A DNA stretch of 64,000 bases from Antechinus flavipes. Taxonomy: Eukaryota. Position numbers and translations under genes: made by a program. Under the pieces are notes generated by a model that ran no database searches, was not told where the DNA came from, and was given only the letters and a program-made list of their open reading frames with translations. Shown here piece by piece: positions 27,875 to 42,422 of this stretch (within the stretch, counting starts at the first letter, position 1; every line of letters begins with the position of its first letter). The stretch lies in assembly GCF_016432865.1 (NCBI RefSeq), contig NC_067398.1, positions 725,214,001 to 725,278,000 on the forward strand, given 5' to 3'.

Positions 27875-28227
27875 CTGAAAGAAATAAAAAATTAAATAAT
27901 GACTGCTGCTACTGCTGCATACATAGTTTATACAGTACTACTTCTGATTAAGTGAGGAAAATAATTTTCCAAACCATGTTTTCCTTTAAATAAAGACTCC
28001 TTCTCTCCAGTAGTTTCTGCTTCTGGGTAGATCCAACACTAGAAGCCATATGCAATTACTCTGAGGTTTTTGTTCTGATCTAGGCAATCTACTAACTTTT
28101 CCACACAGTTTTTAAATCAAGTAGAATCTCTAAACCTATTTTCTGCAAACTATACACTGCAGTTCACTGGTTTATTAGCAATTTAGATAAATTAATGACA
28201 GTCTTTTCCTAGTTTGTTTTGTTTTCG

Positions 28228-28356
28228 TAGATAATTGGGGTTAAGTAAATTGCCCAGGGTAACACATCTGGAAAGTATTGTCTGAGGCCAGATTTGAATT
28301 CAGGTCCTCCTGAGTCCAGGGCCAGTGTTCTATCCATTGTGCCATCTAACTGCCCC
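28228..28356 (-). mobile_element. WSINE1-like short SINE
   Basis: tctgaggccagatttgaattcaggtcctcctgagtccagggccagtgttctatccattgtgccatctaactgcccc. Confidence 0.8.
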
Positions 28357-30419
28357 TACCATATAATTATAATTTTTCAAGTATGATTTTAAGATCATGG
28401 ATGAATGTCATTGATATTCTTAATCTCAAAGCTTTTTATATTATGTTGTTTTACATATTCCATAAAAAAGTGCCTTTATAGTTAGTTAGACTAGCACTAC
28501 ATAATATCTGTAGATTAATTTAGTGGTACTATCATGTCGTTTGGTTTGTATAATTCATCCATGAACATTAAATTTCTCTCCAATCATTTAGACCTTCCTT
28601 TCTTTCCTCAAAGATAACTTGCTTTACATTATTATCTTCCCCGATATAGTATAAGCTCCTTGAGGACAAGGTAGTATTTCATTTTTAGTTTCTATATCCC
28701 TGTACTTACCACAATGCTGGGAACATAATTGGTAGACTATAAACTCAATGACTTCAATGTCAAGCTGGATACAGGAAAGAAGGGTGAAAAATACTTTTTA
28801 AAATAAAGTTCAGGCAGAAACAAGAGAAGTTAAAAGGCTTGTATGTTTGCACACCCAAAGCCTGAATATGACACAATGAGACAAGTATATTATCAGAAAT
28901 ATTTTCTTTGAAAAGAGTGAATAGCACTGAATATAAGCACCACATACTATCCCCAAACTGATCTCACTGCTTATTGGTATGAGTATCATATCAGTGCTGA
29001 CTGGGCAATTAGACCGCCAAATATCCAGGGTATTTAAAAGAAATGTAAACTATTTACAACTATATGAAAAATATTCCACATCTTTAGGAGTAAGATAAAT
29101 ATAAATTAAAGCATGTTGAAGATTCTCATATCTAGCAAATTTGAAAAATAAGATGAAAGTCATCACTGTAGGAAGAACACTAGGGGAGCTCTAAATTGGT
29201 CCAGATACTCTGGAAAATTGTTTGTAATTACATGAGAGAAGTCCTTAGAACATACATACTCAAGGCTTGCACCACTAAACACAAACTCCAAAGAGGTGAA
29301 AACATACTTGAAAAGTCCCAGATGAATGCCAATACTCCTATTTGTGAAATGCTCGCTCGTAGCTTATTTTCTAGGAGGGGGGATGTCACATGCACCACCA
29401 GCCAATAGGAGTGCATTAAGTGCTTCCTTATGCCAGAGCACAAATACTGCCATTATTCCATAAGAACACAAAAGAACACTCGAAGTCTTCCATCCATGTA
29501 ACTCTCCAGTGAACAGTCAAGAAGTCACCTGACAAGCAGCAGAATGAAAATGTCCTGGGAAAGCATCTGGAAATGCATTTATTCATGTTTTTTTGTATTT
29601 CTAGGATTTCTCTTTTCACATGGAACCCTCATTTGTGAACAAGTTGAATGGGATGAGACCACCATCTACTCTTTGAGAGCTTATCTGACAAGGATCATCT
29701 CCCCCTCTTCTCCTTCCTCTCCTCCCCTCTCTCCCCCCCCCCCCCCCCCCTCGGGCCTTGACTCTAGTTCTAAGGGAGAATCGTGTAACATTGAAAAAAG
29801 TTCTGGTCAAACACAGTTTCTGGGTACTTTAGCCATTTTGTTAATGATGCTATGATGTTTTTAATAAAAGAGGTCAGTGACACGCTTAAATGCCTGTGAC
29901 CCCTCATGGCAGTGGACTTACCATCCCTATGTAGTCAAAACCTTCTTCCTCACCCTGGGACTGAGACCCAGATCCCTGAATTGGCAATGCACCAAAGTCC
30001 TATGCCCACTGCCAGCAATCCCATGACCAGTTGTCCAAGCCCTTTACCATCTGTGAGCTTAGGGTGCCAGAAGCCATAGCTTCTGCAGCTTTGAAATGAG
30101 CCCCTAAGACTGCATCTGGTTTGGCGAGGTTCAGCCAATGTTGATACAGCCGCATTGAACTGCCCCCCTACTCTCACCCGAGTATAACAGACCTTTCTTG
30201 TCAATTATACTAGAAAACTGTTTCGCTCCATCTGTTTGTGGGTTATGCTGCTCTAGCATTTATTTTGAGACTTTCACTTGTTTGGAGGGCTGTCTGGGAG
30301 AGCTCAGGTTCCCTTTCCTTCACTGTCATGGTCTTACCCCTTTAATGGACCTTTTCTCAGATTAAGTTGTATCTCTCCAAAAGTAAGAACGAGTATTATC
30401 TCTATTGGGGATAGATACC

Positions 30420-31030
30420 TTCCCAGTACGTCTTGAATATATTTAACCCAGTAGCTATTAAAAATATGCATATTTGACAATAGTTAGAAATATCAATATG
30501 AAGCCTGTATACCAAAGAAATTTTAAAAAATGAAAAAGAAGTATATGTATAAAAATACAGCAGTTCTTTTTGTGGTGGCAAAGAATTAGAATGGAGGGGA
30601 TGCTCATTGTTTGAGGAATGTCTCAATAAGATGTAACATATAATTGTGGTGCTTTAAGAAATGATGAGCAGATGATGTCAGAAAAAATTGGAGAGACTTG
30701 TTAAGTAGAATGAGCAGCATGCTGTACACAGAAATAGCAATACTGTTCGCTGATCAGCTTAACAGACATGGAGACTCTTAGCTACTCGGAAGGATCTCAG
30801 AAAATTCCAAAGGACCCATGATGAAAAATGGTGTCCACTTCCAGAAAGAGAACAGAACAACTATGAGTGCCCATTAAAAGTATGATTTTTCACTTTCTTT
30901 TTCTTTTTTTTTTTTTTGCAACAGTGGCTAAGATGGAAATGTTTTACATGACTTCACTAGTATAGGCCTGAGGGTAGGGAAATAATTTGGAACTCAAAAT
31001 TTAAAAAAAAAAGTTGAAAAGAAAAAACAG
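30420..31030 (+). mobile_element. Old L1 3' end fragment
   Basis: ttttgtggtggcaaagaattagaatggaggggatgctcattgtttgaggaatg followed by a degraded 3' UTR. Confidence 0.6.
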
Positions 31031-31099
31031 AACCCTAAAAAAGAGGCCCAAGTGAGCTACTGCTTGCAATGGTATGTTTGCCTAAGTGGACTCACTCAC

Positions 31100-31195
31100 C
31101 TGGATGGCTAATCCTTGTTATGTCTCCTTCTGGAATCCACGGCGCTTCCCTTCGCTCCAATTGATAGATGATATATGGTTTGGAAAATGCAAGCC
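31100..31195 (-). CDS. Gene B KRAB-B exon (GLAFSKPYIIYQLERREAPWIPEGDITRISHP)
   Basis: 96 nt, bounded by gcag| and |gtgagt, phase 1/1. Confidence 0.94.
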
Positions 31196-31951
31196 CTGCT
31201 CAATGGAAATAGAACAGGCGTCAGCTTCAGAGAACCATACCAGAATTCAATTCTAAAACCTGGCTCAAGTGAGACGAACCTCAGCTTCTGAAACTGGTTC
31301 TCAAGCCCAGAGAGGAACCTATAACTGAAGATGGGGGCTGTGAAATTAAGATTAATTATCGGGGAACGTTTGATTTGTATTCCTACTCTATACACCTATA
31401 TATCTAGGGTCATGAGAGAATAAAGAAGCCCTGCTCTCAAGGACACCTGAGAAATGCCACTATAGAGTACTAGGCTTAAAAGACAGAGACTGGAGGGGCT
31501 CTGGGAAGAAAGGCACATTGATGCACTGCTGAGGAAACTAGGAAACAATTCAGTGATTCCGAAGAGAATTCTGAATTACACCCCCAATTTTTTAACATTC
31601 TGAGTATCTTCTGACCCGACAATGCCATTAATGGCTCTATAGGAAAGAAGATCAAGAAGAAAAGAACCCACGGGTGCAGGAAAAAGTATAAGAGAGCAAG
31701 TATTTATATAGCACTACTATGTGCCAAGGTACCCTAATAAGCAATCAGCCAAATCTCATTTGATCAAAAAGGATGTAAAGTTAACTGAGCAGAATCAGCA
31801 AAATGTTGTACACATGCCATGTTCATAGTGATCAAAAGTGAAAGATTTAGCCACTCTGATCAGTTCCAAATGACTCATGATGAAATGCTGCCCAGAGAGA
31901 ACTGATGAGCTGAGTGCAGATTCAAGCATACTTTCTTTTTCTTCTTCTTCT

Positions 31952-31988
<37 letters not shown>

Positions 31989-32328
31989 GTAACTTGGCAA
32001 ATATGGGAATGTTTTACATGGCTTCAAATGCAGAACTAATATATTATGTGCTTTCTCAGTGGGTGGAAGAGAGGGACTGGAGGAAAGAAGAGAAGTTGTA
32101 ACTAATAATAAAAAATGTAAATGAATTTTTTTAAGGGAAAGAAACCACTGGGAAAACACTTATAAAATTTTTTACAAAGGAAAATTTTTCACTGATGAAC
32201 AGGAAGCTTATGTGTATTGAGTCTCTTAAATAAAAGGATTAGAAATCTCTCATCTCTGCATTTCAAATATTAGGTGCTCAATATCGGAGACCCTCAAAAT
32301 CAAAGAATCCCAGAAGTCAAGCATTTCA

Positions 32329-32586
<258 letters not shown>

Positions 32587-34599
32587 TTAGGTTTACCGAG
32601 GAAGCAGACATAGACCAGTGAGACTTGTAAAGCTGGCAAACAAGGGTGCAAACTACTTGTCAAAGCGAAAACTTTTAAAAATTGCATGTAACAAAAATGC
32701 AATTTCACATAGAATCCTTTTTGTGTTTTGTTTTAGTGTCCCAGGACATTTCTACTTGATTAATTTTTTAAAATGCATTTTAAAAATTTCATTAATGTGT
32801 TGCGCTCTTTCCTTTTATTCCCCAGAACTCACTGGCGGCCAGGGCGATGATGCTGCACCCTCAGCCAAGCTTGCAGTTCCCATAGGTCACCGGTGGCAGA
32901 GTGAACGGTCCCCCGCTCCCGCTGCCTCCTGGGAGGTCTCCCAGTCCCCTGCGAGTTCAGTGCTTGGCCAACCATCTCCCTTCCTACTCTTCCCCCCTCA
33001 GGCCTGGCTCCGTCCCCAGCTGCTCCCTTTGGCCCTGACGGACAAGTATGTTCCCCAACCTTCACTTGAGGAAGTGCCTGGGTCGGCCACGCCCGCTCCA
33101 TCCCTGCATGTCCCGCTATTGCCCTTCTCCCTCGTCTCCTCAGCTACCCCCAGGGAGAGCCATCGATAGAGAGCATGCGGCCAAATTAATCAGCATTGTG
33201 CCAAACACGGCGCTGAGTGCTGGGCGCAAGGACAAGGCGAGAAAACCAGGGTTCCTTCTTCGGGGAGATCGGATTTTAACAAAGACAACACGGGGAAAAA
33301 TAAGTCAGGACACAGGGATGAACACACAGGAATATATGTGCACGTGCACAGAGAGACCCGTACCTATAGATGTGTTCGTATGTAAGTGTATATGGAGAGA
33401 GAGAGGCAGAGAGTAAGAGGGAGACAGTGAGAGGGAGGGACAGACTGACAGAGGAGAGCAGTGAGGGGGAGCAGAGGAAGGGGGAGCGAGGCATCAGCGC
33501 CCCCCTGCAGACTGGCCATGGCCCACTCCCCAAGGCTTTGCCCCCAGGCAGAGGTGAGAGGGCACAACCCCAGAGGCGGCTGCAGCACCCGCCGGGGGTC
33601 ACTTTCTTTCCCAGTTTGGGGGTCCCCGAGTGGGTTTTTTGGCTGACTTGGCGAGGCTGCCCCGTGCTGGGCACAGGGAGAGAAGGGGGTTGGGCAGCCT
33701 AACCTTTGCCCCCCTGGGCCCTGGCCGGGGCCCTTCTGCCTACCTTCTGCCTCCACAGCCCAGGCTCATTAAACCTATTTGTCTGAAGTTCTATCCGCCT
33801 CCTTCGTTCGCCTTTTGATTAGGTTCCCAGAGGGGGGCGCTGAAGTTTCTCACTCCAAGGTGGGGAGGGTGTATTGGGGAAGGAGAACAGGCCGCCCTGA
33901 AGGGGGCGCCTGGGGCAGGGGCAGCCTCATGATGGAGGCGATGGGAGAACAGGAACTTCAGGGAAACCAGGGGGAGATGTAACGGAAGAAGATTAAGTAG
34001 TATTGAACCTGAAATCACCTTAGAAAGTGAGAACGTTGTTTTAGTACAAAGTGGTAAATTTTAATTATTTTAAAATTTAAATTTTCGTTGTATCAATAAA
34101 ACCTACGCAGCCAAAAATAGGGGGGAAATGCAGAAAAATGGGGCGAACCTTTCACAGACAATCTCAGATAGAATGTGGTCGGGTTGGAATTGGCTGTGGT
34201 GGAGGATACGGTGAATTGGTTGATTTAGAAAAACATGGAAAGACACGGACTTAGGAAAGAAGATGCTGTCCAGCTCTAGATTAAAAGATGACAAGAGGAA
34301 GTCAGCACAGCAGGGGCTCACACCTATGAGGGTGAGTGGATGTGGAGAGTGCGTGTAGATGTAAAAATCGCCAGTATAAACCTCCTCACCTAACTATAGC
34401 CTTCTCTGAGGGGACGGAGGGAGGGGGAGATAAAGTCAAAGAGCAGAGAAGAGAAACCGCACAAGGAAGCAAGAGAAGCTGGACGGCTCTGAAAATAACC
34501 AGCAGTTTTATTGAAATGGAAGCTTCTCCTCTCCTGCTCTACTGCCCACATGGCCACAATTTTCTTATTTTGTACTTGAGCCTCAAATTTAAAATCAAA

Positions 34600-37500
34600 C
34601 ACAAAGGAGGGCGCCCACTCACCTGGGGGGTCCCAGCTGACAGGAGCCCGGGGACCATCTCCTCTGGGGCCAGGGCAGAGTCACCTGCAGGTTGAGTTGG
34701 GAAGGAGAAGACCCATGAGGAGGCAGGACTGCCCAGCTCCCATCCCCCACTCCTCCAGCAGGCCAGCCTCAGAGCCTAACCAGGTGCTCAGTCACCTCCC
34801 CAAGGCCTCTGCAGAGACCGCAAAGGCTGACAAACCTCGGAGGTAGTTCCTGGACAGGCGTGGGAAGGCTGCAGGGGGAGGGGGCTGGTGAAGGGCATCC
34901 CCAGAAATAAAGCACATTTACTATTTATCAAGTGCCCCAGACCGGGCTGAAGGGGGTGAAGGGGAGGAGGCAGCTGCATGATGGCAGTAAGGGGCAGTAA
35001 GCCCCCCGAAAGGGAGACTCCACTATTGGGGTTCACAGGTGATCTTGCTGAGTAGGATACATGGCGGGCAGGAGAGACTTCCATGGAGAGCCTTTTCCTG
35101 GCAGGGCATCCAGGAAACAATGGGCCTGGCTTCCTATGGAGAATCCCACTGCCCTGGGCTCCCCCAAAGTCCCTCCTTCAGCGCCAGGGATGGGGAGGTG
35201 GGCTGGCCACAGACCAGGAGACAGGGGATGGCATCAAGTGGGCTCTCCCTCTCCCTCCCTCCCTCTTTTCCCCAATCTTCGTGCTTTCCCTTGGAGCAGC
35301 GCCTTCCCAGAGGCCTGGATGCTTCAAAGGTGAGATTTGAACTCAGGCCCCAGACTACTCCACGGCACTCATTAGGAAAAGAACAAGCTTGAAGACCGGG
35401 ACAAAGGCCAGTGGACCCCGCTGACACCCAGGGAAGACCAGGACCTCGGGGGAGGGGCTACTATCCACCTGACTCTCCCCTGTGCTCTGAGAGGCCACAG
35501 CCCCAAGGGAGGAGGGAAGCCAGGCTTCCGCTGGCGGAGAGGGCGGGCCAGAACAAGTTGTACCCCGGGCCCAGAGAGGTGGCTTGGGGGGTCGGCCTGA
35601 GGTCCTGCCCCTGGGCAGCGGCACCTCTGTGGGGCCGAGAAGGACCCATGTGGCCTCCTTTGATCCGATTTATCCCCAATCAAAAAAGCACAGTGACTCA
35701 GCTTGGTCCTCCTCAGGCCTGGAGCAGGCGGGCCAGTGCCCGGGGGGTCCCCTCTTCCCCAGGAGCCCACCTTCCACCCCACGTCCTTCCCCAAACCCAG
35801 GAGCGCCGCCACCCCCTCCCTACCACCACCCCCCTCTCCTTCCCCGCTTCTGCCCCTCCTCGGACCGAGTGGCCGCCTGGACCAGGGCGGTGAGGGGCGC
35901 ACTCAGGAAGAGGGGCCGCAGCCACTGAGCAGCGTGGGGCCGGGGAAGGCCCGCTGACCACCATCCGGGGTCCCGATCCGTGAGACCAGCATCTCAGCCA
36001 AGAAAAGGCCGCCAGGTCCGCGGGACCCGGACACGCCAACGGTGACCAGGGAACCACGGGGCCCAAAGCCCTCAGGCCCTCCGGGGGCGCCCCGAGCACA
36101 GGCTTCCCAGGACACACTTGCAGGCCCCCCCAGGACAAACCACAGGGGCGGGGACAAGGACCGCAGCAGCAGGGAGGTTCGCCCCACCTCCAGAGCGGGA
36201 TGAATAACAAGAGCCAATCAGAGTCCGGATTTGCCCAGTCACGTGGGACGTTCCCTCCATTAAGCAGATGACTGCACAGAGAAGCTGGGAGGAAAATGAC
36301 TTGCCCAGGGTCAAGTGGCTGATCACGCCTCCAGCAGCAGCCCCTGGATACACTCCCGGGGCCCTTCAGAACGGTTTTCTTCCTTCCTCACTCCTTCCCC
36401 ATGCCCAGCCTAGGCCAGAACGCGTCGGCAACCAGAGAGGCCGCCCGCCAGAGCCCAAATAGTCAGCCCTGCCCGCCCCGCCCAAAGCAGGATCCGCCTT
36501 AAAAGGCGGGGCCACAAAGGAAGCCGCGAATTGGTTGCAGCCCCGCCCCCCGAAAGACCAATGGGCGCCTCTGCTCTCCGAGGGGGCGGGGCCTACAGCA
36601 CACAAGGTGCCGGACTTCTCCCACCCGGGAAGCTTTCAAACCTGGCATTGGGTGCTGGGCCCGTCTTCGGGTCCCCCACTGATCCCGGCCAGGGACGCGG
36701 AGCTCGAGCTCTGGCAGCGGTTGCGGGCAGAGCGGGGTCCAGGCACCGCCAGCCTGCTCGGGACTCCTAGGAGTGTACGAAAGAGGGAGGTTGGAGAGGG
36801 GAAGAGAAAAGCGGACATGACGTCATACAATCACGCCCCCTCGTCACTCGTGCTCCAATCCCGGCCAGAGCCTAGCGATTCTTTTCCCCGGGTTGGGTCG
36901 TACCTGCACCGTCACGCCTGCCACTTCACCCTTACCTGGGCGGGCAGAGCTTCCTGGGAAATGTAGTCTTCGGGCCTGCCGCGCATGCCCAGCGGAGAAG
37001 GTCCCGGTCTGCGGCGGGGGGTGGGGGTGGGGGTGGGGTGGTCTTGCCGCGGGTCTGCGCGTGCGCAAGCTGAGGTTCAGCTTGGGAATCTTGGCTCAGT
37101 CCGTAGAGTAGTCCTGCTCTAATGTCTTCCTGATGAGAACCTGGGCTCGCGTTTCCCTCAAAAAGCTTGAGGCCATTCTCGAGGAGTCCTCCCTTCTCTC
37201 TTCTGCTTCACCTGGTGGGGAGCCCCTGCCCTTCCCCATGCACAGCCTCTACCTGCCCGCACTCCTTCCTCTTCCCTCTCTCCCAGGCTCCCTCCCAACA
37301 TGCCCCCCCTCTCGGTACACGGACAGCTGCCCCCGAGGATGCTTTCCCCCATCCCCCTCACCCCTATTCCCCACGGGGCTCTCCAGGACCTCCGTCTGGG
37401 TGGGGAAAGGCGACCACCTCTTCTGCCATTTGCCCCCAGAGGGGCCAGGGCCAGGGGCTATCGGGAAGCAGGGGGTGCTGCCTTGGGCTCGTGGTCCCCG

Positions 37501-38200
37501 ATTCAGCCGCCCCCCACAAACAATGGGAATGTCTGGTGCAGCGGCTCCCGCTGGCAAGGCCAGAGCTGGCGCGGCTGGGAGCGCAGTCCCGGAGGACACA
37601 CGGAACGCCGGACGAGGACAGCAGCGGGGCGCGCTGGCCAGGGAGCTTTGAGACAAGGGCTTGGAGGTCCCGGACGCTGGCCCAGCCCAGAATAGGCTGC
37701 CGGGGGGCTGCGTGGTTAGAGGCAGGAGGGTGTGTGGCCGGCCTTCGGGGCGCTGCTCTGGGCAGACATCCCCGGCATTGCCCGGGGCGGGAACGAGTTA
37801 GGCGCGCTTTCTGCTCCTCTTTGTGCCCCAGCCAATACAGCCGTGGCTGTAACTCCTCCTCCAGCAGAAACTGGGGTTTTCTGAGCTTCCGGGGACTCCA
37901 GGTTAGCTTAAATGGCCAGCACTGTATGCCGGGTATCAAGGGGTGGCCTGTGGTCTGGCCACCCTTCGTTGCCTCGAGCTCCACGGGGGCCACCTTGTAG
38001 TCTGGGCTGCGAAGGAGCTGGGAAAACTGTCTGTGGGACCCTGACCTCGGGCCATTCCACAGCGCAGCGTCCGAAGCACGGACTAAAACCCGGACGGTTA
38101 ACACAGTGAAAGAAAGGAGTATTCATGAAGCACCCATTGCGTGCCAGACACTTTGCTAAACACGGGGTGGGGAAAAACGGGGAGCAGAAAACAGTCCCCC
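34600..38200. promoter_or_regulatory. Large CpG island and promoter of gene B
   Basis: CpG-dense. Full CRE TGACGTCA at 36818-36825; CCAAT at 36855; SBS TTCCTGGGAAATGTAGTC at 36951-36968; NRF1-like GCGCATGCCC at 36981; minus-strand donor CAG|gtaagg at 36936. Confidence 0.85.
34623..34658 (-). CDS. Gene B first coding exon (MVPGLLSAGTPQ); exon spans 34623-34684
   Basis: cctgcag|GTGACTCTGCCCTGG...ATG GTC CCC GGG CTC CTG TCA GCT GGG ACC CCC CAG|gtgagt. Joined CDS 2157 nt = 718 aa plus stop. Confidence 0.87.
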
Positions 38201-38790
38201 CAAAAGGTCACAGTCTAATCTGGAGGACAACAAGCCTCTATGGAGAAAGGAGTTCAGACGGATAAGTGGGAGTAATCAGCAGAGAGAAGGCATTAGCAAG
38301 AAAGAGGGCTGGGGAAGGTTTGCAGAAGGCAGACTTTTAGGGAGGAAGTGGGAAGTTGGGAATCCAGGCAATGGAGAGAAAGTGGGAGCCAGGGGCAGGC
38401 AGGAGGGGTAGCCGGTTAAATAATGCCTGGATCCTGGAGAAGTTTCCGGTGGAAGCAACAGCAAGGCCAGTCTCATGGGTCTTGGAGTATGTGGGGGTCA
38501 GAGGGAGTAAGGAAAGGCAGGAAAGGGTCAGATTATGAAAGGCTTTAAAAGCCAGGGGGTTTTACACTCAATCCTTTAGGTGGGGTGACAGGATCAGCTC
38601 TGTGCTTTAGGAAGATCAGTTTGACAGATGAATGCAAGAGGACAAACTTGAGGCAGACACACTCCACACAGCTAATGCTATGGTTCGGCAGGAGGTGAAG
38701 AGCCCCTGGCTCAAAGTGTCAGAGGGAGAAGGGGGCATATTGTAGAGATGGTGCTAAGGTGAAGTCAGTAGGCTGTGGAAACACATGAGA
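38110..38790 (-). mobile_element. L2 fragments
   Basis: gggtcagattatgaaaggctttaaaagcca...ctgtgctttaggaagatcagtttgacag...acttgaggcag is typical L2 text. Confidence 0.6.
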
Positions 38791-38860
38791 AATAGTCATT
38801 TACAATAACTGGCATTTGGAGGGCTTCACAAATACTGTACCCATAAAGCAACTCTTGATG

Positions 38861-39102
38861 TTTTTGTTGTTCTTCAGTCGCCTCAGTCATGTCCAGCTTT
38901 TCCCGACTCCATTTGTGGTCCACTTGGCAGAGAGTAGCTATTTTGCCAATTTCTTCTCTAGCTTATTTTTCAAATCAGCAAACAGGCCAATAGGATTAAG
39001 TGACTTGTCTAGAATAACCAGCCAGCAAGTGTCTGAATCCAAATTTGCACTTAGGAAGAAGAGTCTTCCTGATTCCAAACAGAATTTTATCCACTGTGCC
39101 AC
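38861..39102 (-). mobile_element. MAR1-like SINE (CORE plus RTE-derived tail)
   Basis: gttgttcttcagtcgcctcagtcatgtcc...cttggcagagag... and gtcttcctgattccaaac...tatccactgtgccac. Confidence 0.7.
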
Positions 39103-39349
39103 AAATGAGTAAACTGAGGCTGGGATGGCTTAAGTGGCTAGTTGAGGGTCACGCTAATGCTAATCTGAATCACAGCACATCCCTGGACACCCTCTCCGGC
39201 ACTACATAAATCTTTCCCCATATACCTCACTGCACTGCCCTTGGAGAACAATTATGCCAGCTGCCCTCTCCTTACTTCATATGGAATATATTTGGAATTT
39301 TCTATTTGGGGAGGAAAAAGACAGGAATAGACACTGAACTCTTGTTCAT

Positions 39350-40130
39350 GGAACAGACAGAAGGCTAGGGCCAGTAGATCAGGGTACACTGCAGAGGATA
39401 AGATGTAAGAAAACTGGAAAGACTGAATGGCACAGGTTATGAAGGACTTTAAATGCCATACTGATTTTGTGTTTGTTTGGTTTTTTTTTAATGGAGACAG
39501 TAATCCATTGAAGCTTAAGGAATCTGTTTTAGGAAAATCAATTTAGTGCTAAATAGAGAATTTGTAACAGGCAGAGATTTAAGGTTTAAGAGATCTACCC
39601 GCAGGACATTATAGTAATCAAGGCGGGAAGTGACAAGGGCCTGCACCGGGCAAAGGCAATGTCAAGACAAGGCAATGTATTTGAGAGATGTTGCAAAAGT
39701 GACATCAACAAGCCTTGGGCACCATATGGAAATGGGGGGGGGGGTAGTGATAGATAATGGGCAATCCAAGATGACTTCTAGTCTGAGAATCTGAAAGGCT
39801 GGAAGAATGATATTATCAAGAATGATAATACCATTGACAGTAACAGGTAAGGTATGAGGCAGGAATGTTTAAGATGAAAGATGATCAGATTTGTTTTCAA
39901 ATTATTGAGTTAAAGATGCCTACTAGTAGTTTAACATATTTGAAAGGCAATTGGAGATGTGACTGGAGTTCAATAAGGACTGGGACAAGAAAGATTCGAT
40001 CATCATTAACATAGACAGTAATTCAATCCATGGGAGCTGATGAGATCACCAAATGAAGTAATATATATAAAGAAAAGAGATTATTATTAAAGCTTGAGGG
40101 CACATATGAATAGAGGGCTGATTTGGAAGA
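39350..40130 (-). mobile_element. L2 fragment
   Basis: ggttatgaaggactttaaatgcca, gagatgttgcaaaagtgacatcaacaagccttggg, gagctgatgagatcaccaa. Confidence 0.6.
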
Positions 40131-40154
40131 GGATCTTGCTCTAAGGTAAAGCTT

Positions 40155-42422
<2,268 letters not shown>

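Noticed and set aside
31875-32159. ORFs with poly-Lys or poly-Phe runs
   Set aside because: They are translations of a poly-T tract in an old L1 3' UTR.
32829-32900. DLWELQAWLRVQHH resembling the SCAN-domain end (ELQAWVREHHP)
   Set aside because: Only about 8 residues match, the upstream SCAN helices are absent, and paralog C shifts frame within the motif.
37084-37158. tRNA-like fold (acceptor-like GGGAATC/GTTTCCC, D-arm GCTC/GAGT, A-box TGGCTCAGTCCG)
   Set aside because: There is no anticodon stem and no TTC B-box, and the paralogous promoter C segment has a different length and loses the fold. Probably chance; tRNAscan-SE would settle it.
37364-38104. 246-aa minus-strand ORF with faint resemblance to Ty3/gypsy Gag or Tx1-type ORF1, plus other long ORFs in the CpG islands (e.g. 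37167-38000, 49407-50306)
   Set aside because: GC-rich islands lack stops in several frames at once. The similarity is a few scattered residues, the DNA carries promoter motifs, and most of this segment is deleted in paralog C.
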